A DNA stretch of 63,334 nucleotides, filler included, from Reticulomyxa filosa (taxonomy: Eukaryota > Protista > Foraminifera), in the NCBI GenBank assembly GCA_000512085.1. It is 28 parts of 28 records of this genome, joined end to end, with 100 filler letters (N's around TTAATTAATTAA, not from the genome) between each part and the next. Parts side by side here need not be neighbours in the genome. Positions count along the whole stretch, not along the records: positions 1 to 8,888 come from ASPP01027114.1; positions 8,989 to 10,224 come from ASPP01021215.1; positions 10,325 to 12,791 come from ASPP01022409.1; positions 12,892 to 14,542 come from ASPP01001192.1; 24 more parts are not named here. One strand, given 5' to 3'. The notes beneath the pieces were generated by a model. That model was not told where the DNA came from. It made no database searches and saw only the letters and a program-made list of their open reading frames with translations. Position 1 is the first letter of the stretch. Every line of letters starts with the position of its first letter. Of this stretch, positions 1 through 13,027 are shown piece after piece. The position numbers and the translations under genes were made by a program.

Positions 1-205
1 GATGATGAACGAAATGTTCAAACATGAAGAAAGTAGAGCCTATGTTAAATAAGCATTTGAATGTTTTTGTTAGTATTTTAAAAAAAGAAAGAACAAATGG
101 ACTAACATAATTGACAACAATTTTGTCAAAATCTTTGATTCATCCTAACCGAATGTTGAATGTTCGAATCCAATGATGAATAATGATTTGGATCTCTTCT
201 TCTGA
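1..205 (-). pseudogene. N-terminal module of a probable WD40-family gene, with an in-frame stop
   Basis: 107-205 translates SEEEIQIIIHHWIRTFNIRLG*IKDFDKIVVNY, closely similar to 14378-14479. After an intron comes a frameshifted STFFMFE-TFRSS segment. The WD40 link is from recollection of this family; no WD repeats lie on this contig. Confidence 0.6.
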
Positions 206-516
206 CAGATTGAAACGATAAGTAAAATAAAGAGTAAAAACTTAAAGATAAGCTGGCTCAACTTTGATTGATAAGTTTAAGTTCATTCTTGTAATTTTTT
301 TTAGTTTTCTCGTGAGATAATCTTTGATGATGTTAAATGAAAAACTGGTTGAACTTTTGTTGACTAAAGGAAAAACTGAACTAAGAAATATTTTGAAATA
401 AAGATAACTGTTACATTTTGTAAAATATTTGTGCATTACAATAATTAGTTACAACAATTTTACATGCAAAGATCTTCATAGAAGTGTAATATAATTTTGC
501 TTATTGAAAACAGCAT

Positions 517-880
517 TTAGATATTACGACAAACATCAACAATAAATATTTTTGGAAAATCTTTGAAAGATTCCATTTCATGACAATTAAATGTTGTGCG
601 TATTTCGAGATTGATTGCATTCAAATTCATAATTTAATTCTTTTTGAAATAATTGTTTAAATCTTTTTTTCACATTTTAAAGATCAGTCCATTTTGTGTT
701 ATCAATATATTCACTAATTACAATCATTACTAATGTATTTTTAATTGTTTGAAAATCTTTCCATTCCAAACAATAATAATTTTGACAAAGAAGTTCTTCA
801 AATGTCAGTTTTTCCATGTTTATCAATATTTTTCTTTTATCCACTTTCACATTCCCGTCATTTATTTTATTATTATAATT
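517..880 (-). pseudogene. Degenerate caspase-like (peptidase C14 clan) gene
   Basis: Fragments read KLTFEELL...TIKNTLVMIVISEYIDNTKWTDL, KELNYEFECN and FNCHEMESFKDFPKIFIVDVCRNI*. The last matches the caspase catalytic-Cys motif PKxxxxxxCR. The His-Gly segment is missing. Paralogous to 13028-13432. Confidence 0.7.
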
Positions 881-1641
881 CAGATGAAAAACAAAAGTAA
901 AATAATACACAATTTATTAACTTTTTTTTTGTGAAGAAAATCTATTACAAATATAGTTGATTTTTATTTTGTTTCTATCAAAAATGAAATCTTTTTACTG
1001 GTTCAAATTTTATCACAAATTGTCCAATCTTGTATTAATTGTCGGAAATGCTTATGAATATTTAATTTGAATATCTCTGTTATTTTTTCAAATTAAGTAA
1101 AACAATAATTTAAACGTGAAAGAGAAGCAATTGCAAGTTGGTGAAAATGAAGGAATGAAGGATACATTATCAATAATTAATAATAGTTTACACTTGCATT
1201 ATGTGAATTTAATCAACATCTTTTTGTTAATTAAACATCGTAAATAAGGTTTGCGAGAGAAAGATGATTTAATCTCGTATTTGATAACTCAAATAATAAG
1301 ATAATTTGAAATCATTTCAAATTGATAGTCAATGTCTTTGCGCAAAAATATAATATAAAAGTTGATTAAAATTACTCTTGACAGAGTTTACATTTCTTTA
1401 AACAAGGGACACAAGATTTTTGAAAGTTAATTTGATGTTGTGCGCAATTCATATTTGCTTATTATGTGATTGTGGAATCAAGAAAAAACGCTTTGTTTTG
1501 TCATTGTGATATTTTCCAATTTTTCATGTTTGAAAACAACAGAAAAAGAAAAAAATACATTGAATCATTTGCTTTTGAATGTTGCACTTATTTATATGAT
1601 AAATATTTCCAACATAATCTCATATCAATAATGATATTCGT

Positions 1642-1881
1642 TTGCATAATTTGTCTTCCGCTCGTATTGCAGGCATGTCTGATGTTTGGGGTAATCGTTT
1701 TTCTGCGGATGACAAAAATTTTTTATCAGATTTGCAAGATAAAAAGTCTTTTTGGAAATGCGTTTGGCAAGGTGGTGTTCAAAGTATTGGTTTGTCATTG
1801 AAGGGCAGTACTTGGAAAGATGCAAAAGGTGTAACTCTTTTAGTAATGTCAGTTGTTGAACAATATGGTGGAACATTTTGA
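1642..1881 (+). CDS. Possible terminal exon of an unknown protein
   Basis: 79-aa ORF with protein-like composition (FWKCVWQGGVQSIGLSLKG); no motif recognised. Confidence 0.3.
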   Translation: MHNLSSARIAGMSDVWGNRFSADDKNFLSDLQDKKSFWKCVWQGGVQSIGLSLKGSTWKDAKGVTLLVMSVVEQYGGTF

Positions 1882-3195
1882 TTTTTTTTTTATGAAAAAT
1901 TTATTTTGGATTTTTTTTTTCTTGAGTAAGTATTAATTTTTTGCTTGTATATTTGATTGGAAATGACCACATTGATACCAGTGGAAAATTTTTCATTATA
2001 CCTAAGACGGACGGCAGCTTTGTTTTTATTTTTATGCTGTTTAATTGGTAATTCCGTCACTTTTTTAAAACTAAACTATAAACTATAAATGGTAGAAAAA
2101 TAAAAAATGTTATTTTTTATATTTTTTTTCATTTTTGACTTATAAGTTGCTGTACATAAATGATACGTTATACGCAAGCATTCTGCATTGAATTGTACAT
2201 GACAAACTGGTAATCGGTTTATGTAAATTGATCAAACTAGTTAATATGATTCAAATACATGTTTGAAATTCTACAACATCCTTGTTTTTTACCTTTTTTA
2301 TATTTTTTGCATGTTCATCTTGTCGTTAACACTTCCGATGCAACGTTTTTGAAATACAATGCCAAAATAACTGCTACAGCTGACAATTCTTTGATCTTTC
2401 GCAAAAAATTGATCAATAATTACAAGTCGGCAAAAAGTCGAGTTACGAAGTTATTGTTACCAGTGATGTACCAATGTTCAGTGGAACATTGGCAACGAAC
2501 AGCCAGTGCCTGCCCTACAAATATGAAATGCCATTGATATGCAAGAAAAAACTCGTGAAATCAAAACTCTTGTGAAAAAGCTTGTAGAAAACTTTTGTGA
2601 GGCACTTTGTCTTTTGCCTTTTTTGTTTTCTTTTGAGTGCCATGTCCTATTTTGGGCCAGGTACTATTAACTTGCTTTTGTTCAGCAGTGGGGAGGCCAT
2701 TTTTTACGATGGTAGCTGATTATTTCGAAAGAAAAATAGACAATTGGATTTTGCTTCAGTTTTGTTGTATTTTTTTCCCCTTTTATCATTACAAGAATAT
2801 ATTTTTATTGTTGAATTTCGAAGTACTAACGTTTCTTTTTTTTTGGCGTTTGATTTGTAGTTTTTTGAAAAGAACCAACACAAATTGTTACATCAATGTC
2901 AATTTGTATTTGTTATTGTAAAGAGCATATGGAATTATTAGAAGAATGTATCATTTGTGTTCTCAATCATGTAAAAGAAAGAAGATTAATTAACAAGGGA
3001 AAAATTGGATTTTTTTTTGTTGGTTAGTAATGTTGTTATTGTCTATCATTATTATCATTTTCATTATCCTTCTTCTTGTCCTTGTTCTTGTTCTTTGTCC
3101 TTTTTCTTTTTGTTCTTATGTTTTCCATTGTCTTCGTCATTGTTGTCATCCTCCTTGATTATGTTATAAAATATTCAAATAATACACATATTACT

Positions 3196-4785
3196 TTATC
3201 CAACATCAACAAACATTGCAAATATAACAATATATATGAATGCATACGTTGGTTCTGCATTTACATCAAGCTCCTTGCACCATTCTCCTGGTTTTTTGGT
3301 GTTATACCTCTCCCAAGATAACTCTCCTTGTTGATGCTGATTAAGCAAATCCTTTACTTGTTGATTACTTACATTTCTAGTGTCAATACCTGCTTCCTTC
3401 AATCTTTTACTGTTATCAGCTGTCAAATTTTTAATTCTTTTCTTTTCATCTTGCTCTTCCTCAGCACAATCAGATCTTGTTCTTTTTTTAGGAATGCTCT
3501 TGTATGCCTTCGTATAATCTGATTTTTTTTTCTCTTTTTTTTCATCTTCTGCTTCTTTATCATTATATTCTTCCATCATTTTGTCTGGTTCTAGTTGTTC
3601 TAAGTTCAACATTTTCTTCTTTTTTGTAGGAAGACCGCCAGGACACCATTGAAATTTCATCTAATATTCCACATCATTTTTCCAATTATCTTTCTTTTGA
3701 CTAACTGTTTTTTCAAATATCTGAAGTTTTTTCGGAGTCTTATAATCAACTACTAATGATATATTATTTGAATTGAATGAGCACACAGAATCAGTATATA
3801 CTGTCACTTGTTGCCATCATTTTTAGTTAAACATTTCTGCAGTGGAATTTTTTCATAATATATTTTGTTTTTAGTAATTTCCCTGTATAAGTTAGAAATA
3901 AAAATCAGCAACATGTGGTTTTTACTTTCATCACCTCGATTCTCTACGTTATTAGCAAGATTTTGTGTCGCCAACTCGTATATGATTTTTAACTTCTCTT
4001 CATTTTTAATTGTTGGATCAAATTTATCATTAGTATCAATATAATCAATAATGCTTTGTTCTTGAAATGAAACATTAAGTAAGTCAATGTCAATTCTTGC
4101 ATTACCTATCTTGTTATTAGTTTCTGTTCTTGTGTCAATTTGATTAGATTCCCACTGTAAATTATTTTCTTTCAATAGCAATAAATTTTCATATCCATGT
4201 ATATTTTTGACTTTTTCACAAATTCGATCCAGAAAAACTTGTAAACCTATACAACAGTCGTTGTTTAATTATTCAAGTATATAATACAAATATCAAAAAT
4301 ATTAAACCTTCTACGTCATTTTGTTCTTTTATTTGTTCCACTTTTTCATTTTCTTCTTTTTTTTCTACTTTTTCTGATTCCTTTTCAATTTCTTTACTTT
4401 TTTCCTTTTCTTCACTATCTTTGGTCTATATATTTGTGAAATTGACAAAAAAACAAAACTTGTGCAGATTTTTTAATTATTTTTTTAATTATATTGCGTT
4501 TGTAAAAAAAAATACATCTAAGTTTATCAATTTCGATGTCAGTTTTTCAATCACCAATGCTAAATTTCCGTTATTCTCTTCTAGAAAATGTTCCAATTCA
4601 CTTTCGTCAATTGAATCACCGAATAATGTCATTAGCGCTTTCATTTTTTTTGCATGATAATTTTGTTCTGCTTTATGCTGCATTCCTCCCAAGAGATTTC
4701 TTCTATCATCATGTATAAATCTATCCTGCTTTGTGTTGTGTCAAACATAGACAATATGTTTTTTTCCTTCAATCGCCTCTGCCAT
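3196..4785 (-). pseudogene. Multi-exon pseudogene: CUE/UBA-like helical header, K/E-rich linker, putative PD-(D/E)XK-like domain, charged tail
   Basis: ATG at 4785. Segments MKALMTLFGDSIDESELEHFLEENNGNLALVIEKL, ARIDIDLLNVSF and frameshifted VYTDSVC...SLVVDYKTPKKL. Contains in-frame stops and frameshifts. Paralogue at 23180-23950. Confidence 0.5.
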
Positions 4786-5768
4786 TTAAAAAAAAGGTAT
4801 ACATATCAATTCATTACATTAACAAATTGAGTTGATATTTTTTTTGGTATTTCAATGATGCTCACGTCGAATGTGTCAAAGTATGTTCGTTTCAAAGTAA
4901 TCACTGTTATTTTTTAATCAAATTAATTTTTTTTTAATGTCAAAAAAAAAGGATTTGCATACACAATTCTCTCACTATGTATTATTAATTGATCTATCCT
5001 TTCTATTCTAAAATAAAAGATTTATGTTTTTATTATTGTGAAAGAGAATTTTCTATCGTATTACCATCTTCGTTCTTTTTTGTAATTGATTTCCACTTGA
5101 CGAGTTTGCTTTGTGAACTGTTGATCTTATCTTTATTTGTGCACGCGCTTTTTTTTTATCAAAGCGAAAAATGAAGAAACAATTTCCGAACCTGCTTCCA
5201 TTGTTTTCTTTACAAGATTATCTTGAATAACAAGGCCAATGCAAATCAATATTCTATGTCTTTTAAAAAACTTACTCTTTAAAAAACTAAAGGGGGCTTT
5301 ACAGTCTGATTGTAGTTTAAATTAAAAATTATAATTTGTAAACATCAATTATATTCAATTCGCACTTTAAAAATAATTGAAAATATTTTATGATAATGTA
5401 CTCAAAATTTGCCAATCTAATAAGATAAAAGAAATGTATTTCCAAAATGAAAGAACTTGAAATAAAATTTTTTTATTATTTTTAAAAGTTCATTTGTTGT
5501 AAGTGAAAGGGAACGCAAGTTAACACTAAATAATTTTATTATTATTTAATTTTTTTTTTTTGAAATGAATTTCTCTGAAACTCAAAACAATTCGAATAAA
5601 TATTGTTGAATATTTTTTGGTTTGAACTAGACATTTGATAATGATTCGTTTTTTGAATATGAAAAAAAAATATCATAGTATAAAAGATGTTTGTAACAAA
5701 TTGAGAAAAATATAATTTTAAAACTTTTTTGGAGTTCATTAAAAAAAAACTTTCATAAGTCAAATGAA

Positions 5769-7802
5769 TTAAGCGATCCACAAAATGACAAAAAAGATAT
5801 AAACAAATGAAAAATGTACATGTAGAAAATGACAAGATTTAATTTGATGTGAAGTAGTGTTTACGAAATTAGTTGTTTCAGAAACAAGAGGGCTGACTGT
5901 TGGTTTTAAAGTTGTTGGACTGGGAGCAACTGTTGGTTTTAAAGTTGTTGGAATAGGAGCAACTGTTGGCTTGCTTGTTGTTGGAATGGGAGCAACTGTT
6001 GGCTTGCTTGTTGTTGGCTTGTTTGATTTGTTCGTTGTTGGTTTGCTTGTCGTAGTTGGTTGAATTGCTTTAGCAAATCCCATTCGTTCATTACCAACAT
6101 CAAAAATGCTGTACCATTCTCGCATGAATACATCACCCAAAATCCACATTAAGTCTAACAAACAGACATAATATTTACGTTATATTATTAGCGGTCATTG
6201 AAAATGTATAAATGTACATATAAATATAAATATATTTATATAATGAACAAACCAATTCCATTCGAATCATAAATATTTTCACCAGTCATTGCCAAATAAG
6301 AAATACCTTGAAATTTCAAAATATAACTCTGTGAAGAAACAGCAAGAGACATTGAATGTGTGGAATTGCCAAGTATAAAATTGATAGTACCAGGGGAGGT
6401 CGGATACTTTTGGAAATAGTAATTGCCATAGCCATCAGATGTCGCTCCCATTGCTGACGCAATTCTCGACACATCACTTGGAGGTCCAATGATGAAACTG
6501 GTTCCACTGTCAATGATTGCTTTCACTGCTGATTTATAAGTAGAGCTTCCATAACTGTTATATACATATATATATATATATATTGTACATTTTATGAGTA
6601 GCAAATCTTCTCTCTCTTTCTAAACAAAAACTAAACTTAACACCGCCTTTCATCGATACCACATACCACGCTTCTTCAATAACCGGAGTATAGAAAATGT
6701 CCCCTGTGTAGTGGTTTGGATTGGTACCACCTAACACAAGCTCTCCGTCACTCGAGTCGTCCTCTTGCAAGTACCAGCTGAACACTTGCTCATCTAAATA
6801 CCCTTCATTCCACATCACAAAGAAAGGGGTAGCACGCCTTCCGTGCTTATCGATCGATACGCTAATCCGAATATTCCATCGGACAATGATGGGTCGTCCA
6901 CTCGAGTTGCCTTCAATCCAAAATTGTGACGTAGTAACATTTATTTATTTTTATCAAAATACATAATTATCTATTTTGGAATTTTTTTTATACGTAACTT
7001 CTCCAAAGGTCACCCGAGTTTTTATCGTATCGATTGTCAACATATCAGATGACAAATACCCTGTGGCATTCCCAGCTCCGTAACTAAATTGTCCACATAT
7101 AATACATAACCCCCCCCCAATCAACAACACCATAATGTCAACAGTTAGACTTTTTTTTGTCCTTTCAGATCGACGTTTGCTCAAAGTACAGACATTGTCT
7201 TAACTAAATGACAAATTGTGTTCCATTTGCAACATACGTCGAACTTTTCGTATGGTTATACTTGTTATAGGGATACGATGCGTTGCAATTAGTACAAGTT
7301 GAGCCTTTTTTTTATTTAATTTAAAAAAAAAATGCGGGCATTTCTTTCATTGTATACTTCCCCTCTTCCGTGCTTTGCAAACCTGCATTCATCAGCCACA
7401 GATCTGAACTTCCTGTATCGAACAAAACTGTAAATGTTTCCTTCGGTGTTCCCATTCCAATGCTACCCAAATCTATTCGTGTTTTTTTTTGTTGTTTCGT
7501 TTTTTGTTCTTGTTGTTCCTTCCCCTACTGTCCTCCTCAAGTACAGTTCATGCACACATACACTGCAGGTTCTGGTAATTGCTTAATGGCAGACTAGCCG
7601 TCGAACTTCTGCTCTTTGGTCTGTTTGTTGTTGTATGTAGGGGTTCTTTTGTTCAAAAAAAAAAAAAAGTATACGCAAATAATTTTTTTTGGATCTTTTT
7701 TTTGCACCTGAGAGGAGAGATGTGAACAGTATTTTTCTTGTGCAAAGGAATATGGAGTAAGGCATTGCACCCCAACACCAAGAAGGCCAGCAACCACAAC
7801 AT
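5769..7802 (-). CDS. Pepsin-family (A1) aspartic protease, multi-exon, with signal peptide, Pro/Thr stalk and hydrophobic C-terminus
   Basis: Signal MLWLLAFLVLGCNA. Both catalytic motifs present (VLFDTGSSDLW, AIIDSGTSFIIGP). Also VFSWYL..GELVLGG and WILGDVFMREWYSIFDVGNERMGFA. GT-AG introns. Confidence 0.93.
5895..6060 (-). repeat. 33-bp coding tandem repeat (PTTSKPTVAPI-type) forming the protease stalk
   Basis: About four imperfect 11-aa units in ORF 5769-6161. Confidence 0.85.
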
Positions 7803-8382
7803 CTTGAGTCTAAAGGCTTTTGATTCGAAGAGAATATTTTATTTTTGTTTTAGGTCAAACTTTAACCTTCGCTTCTTACTAGACCGTACTAGTTTGTACG
7901 CTTTGGTACAAAAAAAAGTTATTGAATGTGCAATTATCTAACCGGAAATAAGATCTAGTGTATTGTTTTCCTTAAAAATTTCTTTGGAAATGCAAAACAC
8001 CGGGTGGTCTTGAAAAAGCAGAGAAATAAAAAAAAGATAAGCCTTAATGCTTGGTCTTTTTACAGACATTGGGACAAAGATACGGCAGTATGCAAAATTA
8101 AACAATTTACGTTTGGTGGAACAAATGGAAACGCTATTGAAAGTGCATTATCCAACTAAAATGAGTTACTATTTCTTTAATAACGCTTTGATTTTTGGTC
8201 AGAAATTACATGATAGTAGTGTTGTGCAGTTTTATTAGTTGTATACATTTTACAGCAAAAGTTTTTTTATAAAGACAAGCAGTATTTTTGTATATTTTGA
8301 AAAACTTGAAGAAGAAAAGGAAAAACCTGACACAAAAATTGTTTTTTTATTTGATGAATGTAACTTATTCGTGGTTACATTG

Positions 8383-8790
8383 ATGTTACCAGAAGAGGAT
8401 ACTCATCCATTATTGGCTGATTACTTACGTAATCAAGACCCTAAACGCCATACAAGAGGAAATCATGGAGAACAAGGGTTTTCCGGAACAAACGACGCAA
8501 CCTCAACGACAGATGCATCATCAGCGATTGCTTGGACAAGCTGTGATGAATTCAGACGATGTTCTTGTGCCATATTATCATTTGTATTAATGGCGCTCTT
8601 TGTCGGGACAGCACTGGTAGTGTTTTGGTTTCTGTGGGCGTGGTTTGTATTATGGTTGGACCTTCCAGGTATTCTGACACCTATCGTTTGGCTGTGTGGA
8701 TTTGCAGCACCACTGTGTGTGTTCCGGTTGTTCACGTTGTGTCCACACTGCACACGTGGATGTTGTTCCAAGACATTGCAGCCTCCAAGT
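8383..8790 (+). CDS. Small Cys-rich membrane protein with 2-3 TM segments, 3' partial
   Basis: ATG at 8383 (MLPEEDTHPLL), hydrophobic stretches flanked by Cys clusters. Confidence 0.5.
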
Positions 8791-8888
8791 TACTATAATT
8801 TATTTGTTTTTGTGTTTTATCCTTTGCAAACTTTTGAATTTTTTTTTTTTGCAAAGTTCAACACTCCCCCTTTTTTTTTTTTTTTTTA

Positions 8889-8988
8889 NNNNNNNNNNNN
8901 NNNNNNNNNNNNNNNNNNNNNNNNNNNNNNNNTTAATTAATTAANNNNNNNNNNNNNNNNNNNNNNNNNNNNNNNNNNNNNNNNNNNN
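8889..8988. other. Artificial contig linker (N44-TTAATTAATTAA-N44), first of 27 copies. Others start at 10225, 12792, 14543, 16030, 20200, 21612, 22882, 27771, 29935, 31110, 33741, 35250, 36369, 39008, 41767, 43344, 45155, 47895, 49110, 50492, 52152, 53320, 54810, 56594, 57694, 60585
   Basis: Identical 100-bp spacer with stops in all six frames. Composition and gene content change abruptly across it. Confidence 0.98.
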
Positions 8989-9054
8989 AGCACACCTTTG
9001 TCCACAGTTATGATTTTTTTTAAAAAAAAAAAAAGAGGGAGCGAAAAAAAAAAC

Positions 9055-9084
<30 letters not shown>

Positions 9085-9086
<2 letters not shown>

Positions 9087-10065
9087 GCCAAAACACTCGG
9101 GTGAAGATATGTCATCTCGTCCTTATGGTGAAGTAATGCCGCAGCAGCAACCTGGTCTCACAGGACATCGACGGAGTGTGGGACACATAGGGACGACGAC
9201 CAGTCGCGTGTATATGCGACGAAGTAGAGAAGAACGCAAGTGGAAGGGCGAAGACAATGGACCATTGACGCCATCGCAGGTCACTTTGGAGACGTCCCAT
9301 TTTCACACACGCGATTTCAAGTCCAAAACAACGTTGCCACCAAGACGCATGTCCGCGCATAAAATCAAACGGCGAACCATCACCATCCGTTCCAAAGCCG
9401 CTCCTCGTGTTGCCGCCGCCGGAGTTGTCATGCCTTTGTTGGAAGATGTTTCCGTCAATCCTTTTGATTTATATAAAACAATCCGAATTTCCAAAGTTGT
9501 GCATACACACATATTTGTATGATGGAATAATGAAACATATACATATACATATATATATATATATATGTGTATATATGTGTATATAATGTACAATAACAAG
9601 GACATTAGCGATGCAGTCAAGTTAGAATGTGACCAAAGCGAACAAAAAACGCATACTACTGTGGATCAACCGGCAATCCTTCAACGACCTCACTCTTGCA
9701 GCCAAGAGGCAATGTCTTGCGAGGTGGAGACGAGTGTTTCTTACTCCAAGGAGCATCCGGACAAAATGATCCCAACAACAACAACAACAACAACAACTAC
9801 TACTACTACTACTGCGGAAACATTTCCGTCTTACATTCATACTACATACAAAAGCAGTACTAACCATGGCAGTGGCAGCGGAGGGGGAGTGCTGGGCATT
9901 TCTCCCATGATCAGCGCGTCCTTGGACGGCTTGAGCGACAAAGAGGAACCCATTAGCGTCAAAAGTGCTCAAAGTCAATACAGCCATTATGCAAGGCGTC
10001 CCGCTGCTGTCAAAAGGCACAGTGACAATACCATTGATGCCATTGCGTTTTGGAAATCCAAAGTT
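9085..10065 (+). CDS. Low-complexity hypothetical protein, partial, multi-exon, with poly-Thr
   Basis: Two GC-richer ORF segments separated by a (TA)n-rich intron-like gap. Confidence 0.4.
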
Positions 10066-11252
10066 ATATACGTGTGTATATTAATTTGCCATGGTTTTTT
10101 TGTTTTTTTGTTTTTTGTTGGGATAATAATAATAATAATGTGATTTGTGTTTACGTGTAAAATATATACATCCTCTGTTTGTTAGTATAAATTGCTAAAG
10201 TCACAAATCGAGTCAAACAAATGCNNNNNNNNNNNNNNNNNNNNNNNNNNNNNNNNNNNNNNNNNNNNTTAATTAATTAANNNNNNNNNNNNNNNNNNNN
10301 NNNNNNNNNNNNNNNNNNNNNNNNTCATTGTTTATTTACTTTTGTTTTCTTGTTAGTTGAAAGGATGTTGTGAGAATAGGGTTTCAATTTGTTTGGTTTG
10401 TATTTCAAAAAGTTCTTATTGTTAAAACACGGACCACTGGTTTACAAAAAAAATAATGCTACTAAAATTCGTACTTTGACAATTTTTGTACGTGATATTT
10501 CATTGTCTTTATTAGAAAACAGGTCAATCAATGTTTGTTTTACATTTAGAAAACGAATTTGTTTTCTCTTCAATTCTTCAAACAGGACGACTACAGCATT
10601 CTAATTAAAATGACAATCATATTTGTCGATATAAAGCATATGTATTATTGTAAAGGATTGCAAAAGTAATCAAATAAGATTGATTGTAACACTTTCAAAA
10701 ACATTTCCACAATAAAAAAGTGCTTTACGAAGTGTGTGACATGTACAGATATAATACAAATATTGCAATCTAAGAAAATTCTCAATAAAACAAGTAATTA
10801 ATTAAAGAAAATTAATAACAAAAATAAAAAAAAAGAAAAGTTTGCGATAATGTTGGTTTTCAAAATTATTAATTCTGATTTATGTTATTTATATTTAATA
10901 ATCACATATTATTCAATTTACTTCAAAACAATCAATTGTCTGAAAGTTTTAATATCTTTTTCACAAAATTAAAATGAATATCTCTATATTTAGTACTGTC
11001 AATGTATTTTGTAGAATGTTGCACTTACACCACACTACTTTTAACAAAGTACTTTTGATTGACTATAAGAAGAGTAGCATATGGAAGCTCTCTAAAAAAC
11101 TATGCATTTCTATCATGAAAAATTATATCAAATTGGAGTATCCACCAACGTTATAAAAAGAAGATCTGGTCTTTTTCTTTACGTGGGGTTTTTGTAAAAT
11201 CATTTTGGAACTTTACCCAACTTTTATCTTAAAAAAAATAAAGCGACAAAAT

Positions 11253-12166
11253 ATGCTGTGGATGCTTGGGCTGATATTGCCCTTCGTCTCAAACGCCCAA
11301 AATAACGACGAAGAATGCAACTTTGTGAATTATTGGGGGTATAAACTACACTTTTGTTGTTACGATTGTTGTTTGCATTCCCAAGACTTTTGCATAACAA
11401 CAATAAAAATAAAACAAATAAACCAAAAGTATGACCTATGCCACTGACCGATGCAACTCGTATGTTTCAAGATCAGGCAATTATTATTGGCAACAGTCTT
11501 ACGTATTCCGATGTGCATGGGATGGCAGCATGATATATGGAGAATGGTATGACAGTTGGAATTGCAGTGGGTGGCCTTATTACTGGGAGTTAACACAAAA
11601 AAAAAAAAACCTATTTCTGTTTTTGAGCCTATGCAGATAAATTGTAAAGATAAATATGAATAGTATACATTCTTACATACACGCATAATGTATAAATATC
11701 AGTTTCAACTTGTCGGTTGCAGATTTCAATTGCAATGGTACTGAATCGTGTTTCATGTCAGTAACTGGATACAATTTGGACCGACCTTGTGGCGACTCGT
11801 ATACCGATGCGTATTCGTACACAGTATACTCAAAGGATGTCTGTTCGGCGCGTTCATCGTTATTCAACTTTTTTCCCCCCCCTTTTTTTCCAAAAAAAAA
11901 AAAAAAAGTAACACGCAATACATATTAAGGTTAGAACACATTAAAGTTTTATGGTATGTTAACAAAATGTGTGTTTTTTTTTTTTTTAATGGGGGGGGGG
12001 GGGGGGAAATGAACAGAAATTGGTGGTGGCCTCAAGAAACTCGTATTTCTTGTGAAGATAAAACTGCCACTATTGATCTGTTATGAAAATTTGCTCACAT
12101 TTATTTGAACATTAAAAAAACAACAAATAATAGATAGCAAATAATAAGTAATCAAGAAAAAGATTG

Positions 12167-12197
<31 letters not shown>

Positions 12198-12742
12198 TAC
12201 AACAAAATCTTGCAAAAACGTGCAAACAGCTTCTATTCGAATAGCTCATGCCAAAGCGATTACTATTACTCGTACTCATGGAACGAGGGGTGCAACTTGA
12301 CAACCAATTCGTACACTCGCTACAAGATCAATTGCAGTGCTGAGGATGAGCCTTTGCCCCAGCCAGCATATGAACAACATTATTGTGACTTAAACTATTG
12401 CGGGTATCCGACACCACCACCGACCACACCTTACTCGATGCAAATCAACCGAAACAACGCCAATTCTTGTGCTTATGTCAATTGGTAAGGTGGTTATTTT
12501 TGTTGTTCCTTTTGGCATATACCGTTTTACAACATGTCCCAAAGGGGAAAAGCAGGGTTCATGACCGATCCAATAATCTCAATAAAAAAAAAAAAAAAAA
12601 AGGAATGGAGAAGCAATACCACCGAACAAATGTTTCTACTCGCGATACTCATGGGGGAACTATACGTATGCACAGTCGACGGAACTTCGATGCAACGCAG
12701 ACAACACAGGAGTGGACTTAATCGTGTGGTATGGCTCAGACA
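11253..12742 (+). CDS. Secreted Cys/Trp/Tyr-rich protein with an internal domain repeat, multi-exon, 3' partial
   Basis: Signal MLWMLGLILPFVSNA. Spliced exons give CNFVNYWG..YATDRCNSYVSRSGNYYWQQSYVFRC and later CAYVNWNGEAIPPNKCFYSRYSWGNYTYAQSTELRC, separated by a PTPPPTTP linker. Confidence 0.7.
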
Positions 12743-12750
12743 GTATGCAA

Positions 12751-12791
<41 letters not shown>

Positions 12792-13027
12792 NNNNNNNNN
12801 NNNNNNNNNNNNNNNNNNNNNNNNNNNNNNNNNNNTTAATTAATTAANNNNNNNNNNNNNNNNNNNNNNNNNNNNNNNNNNNNNNNNNNNNGATAAGTTT
12901 TTCCTAGGTTGATCAAAAATATAATTTTTTGAAATAATTTTTAAAAATTTCGAAGGACTTCATATAAATTGAACCTGTATTGAAAATAAAAAATTTTTAA
13001 ATCTTTTTATTTTCATTTTAGGAATCT

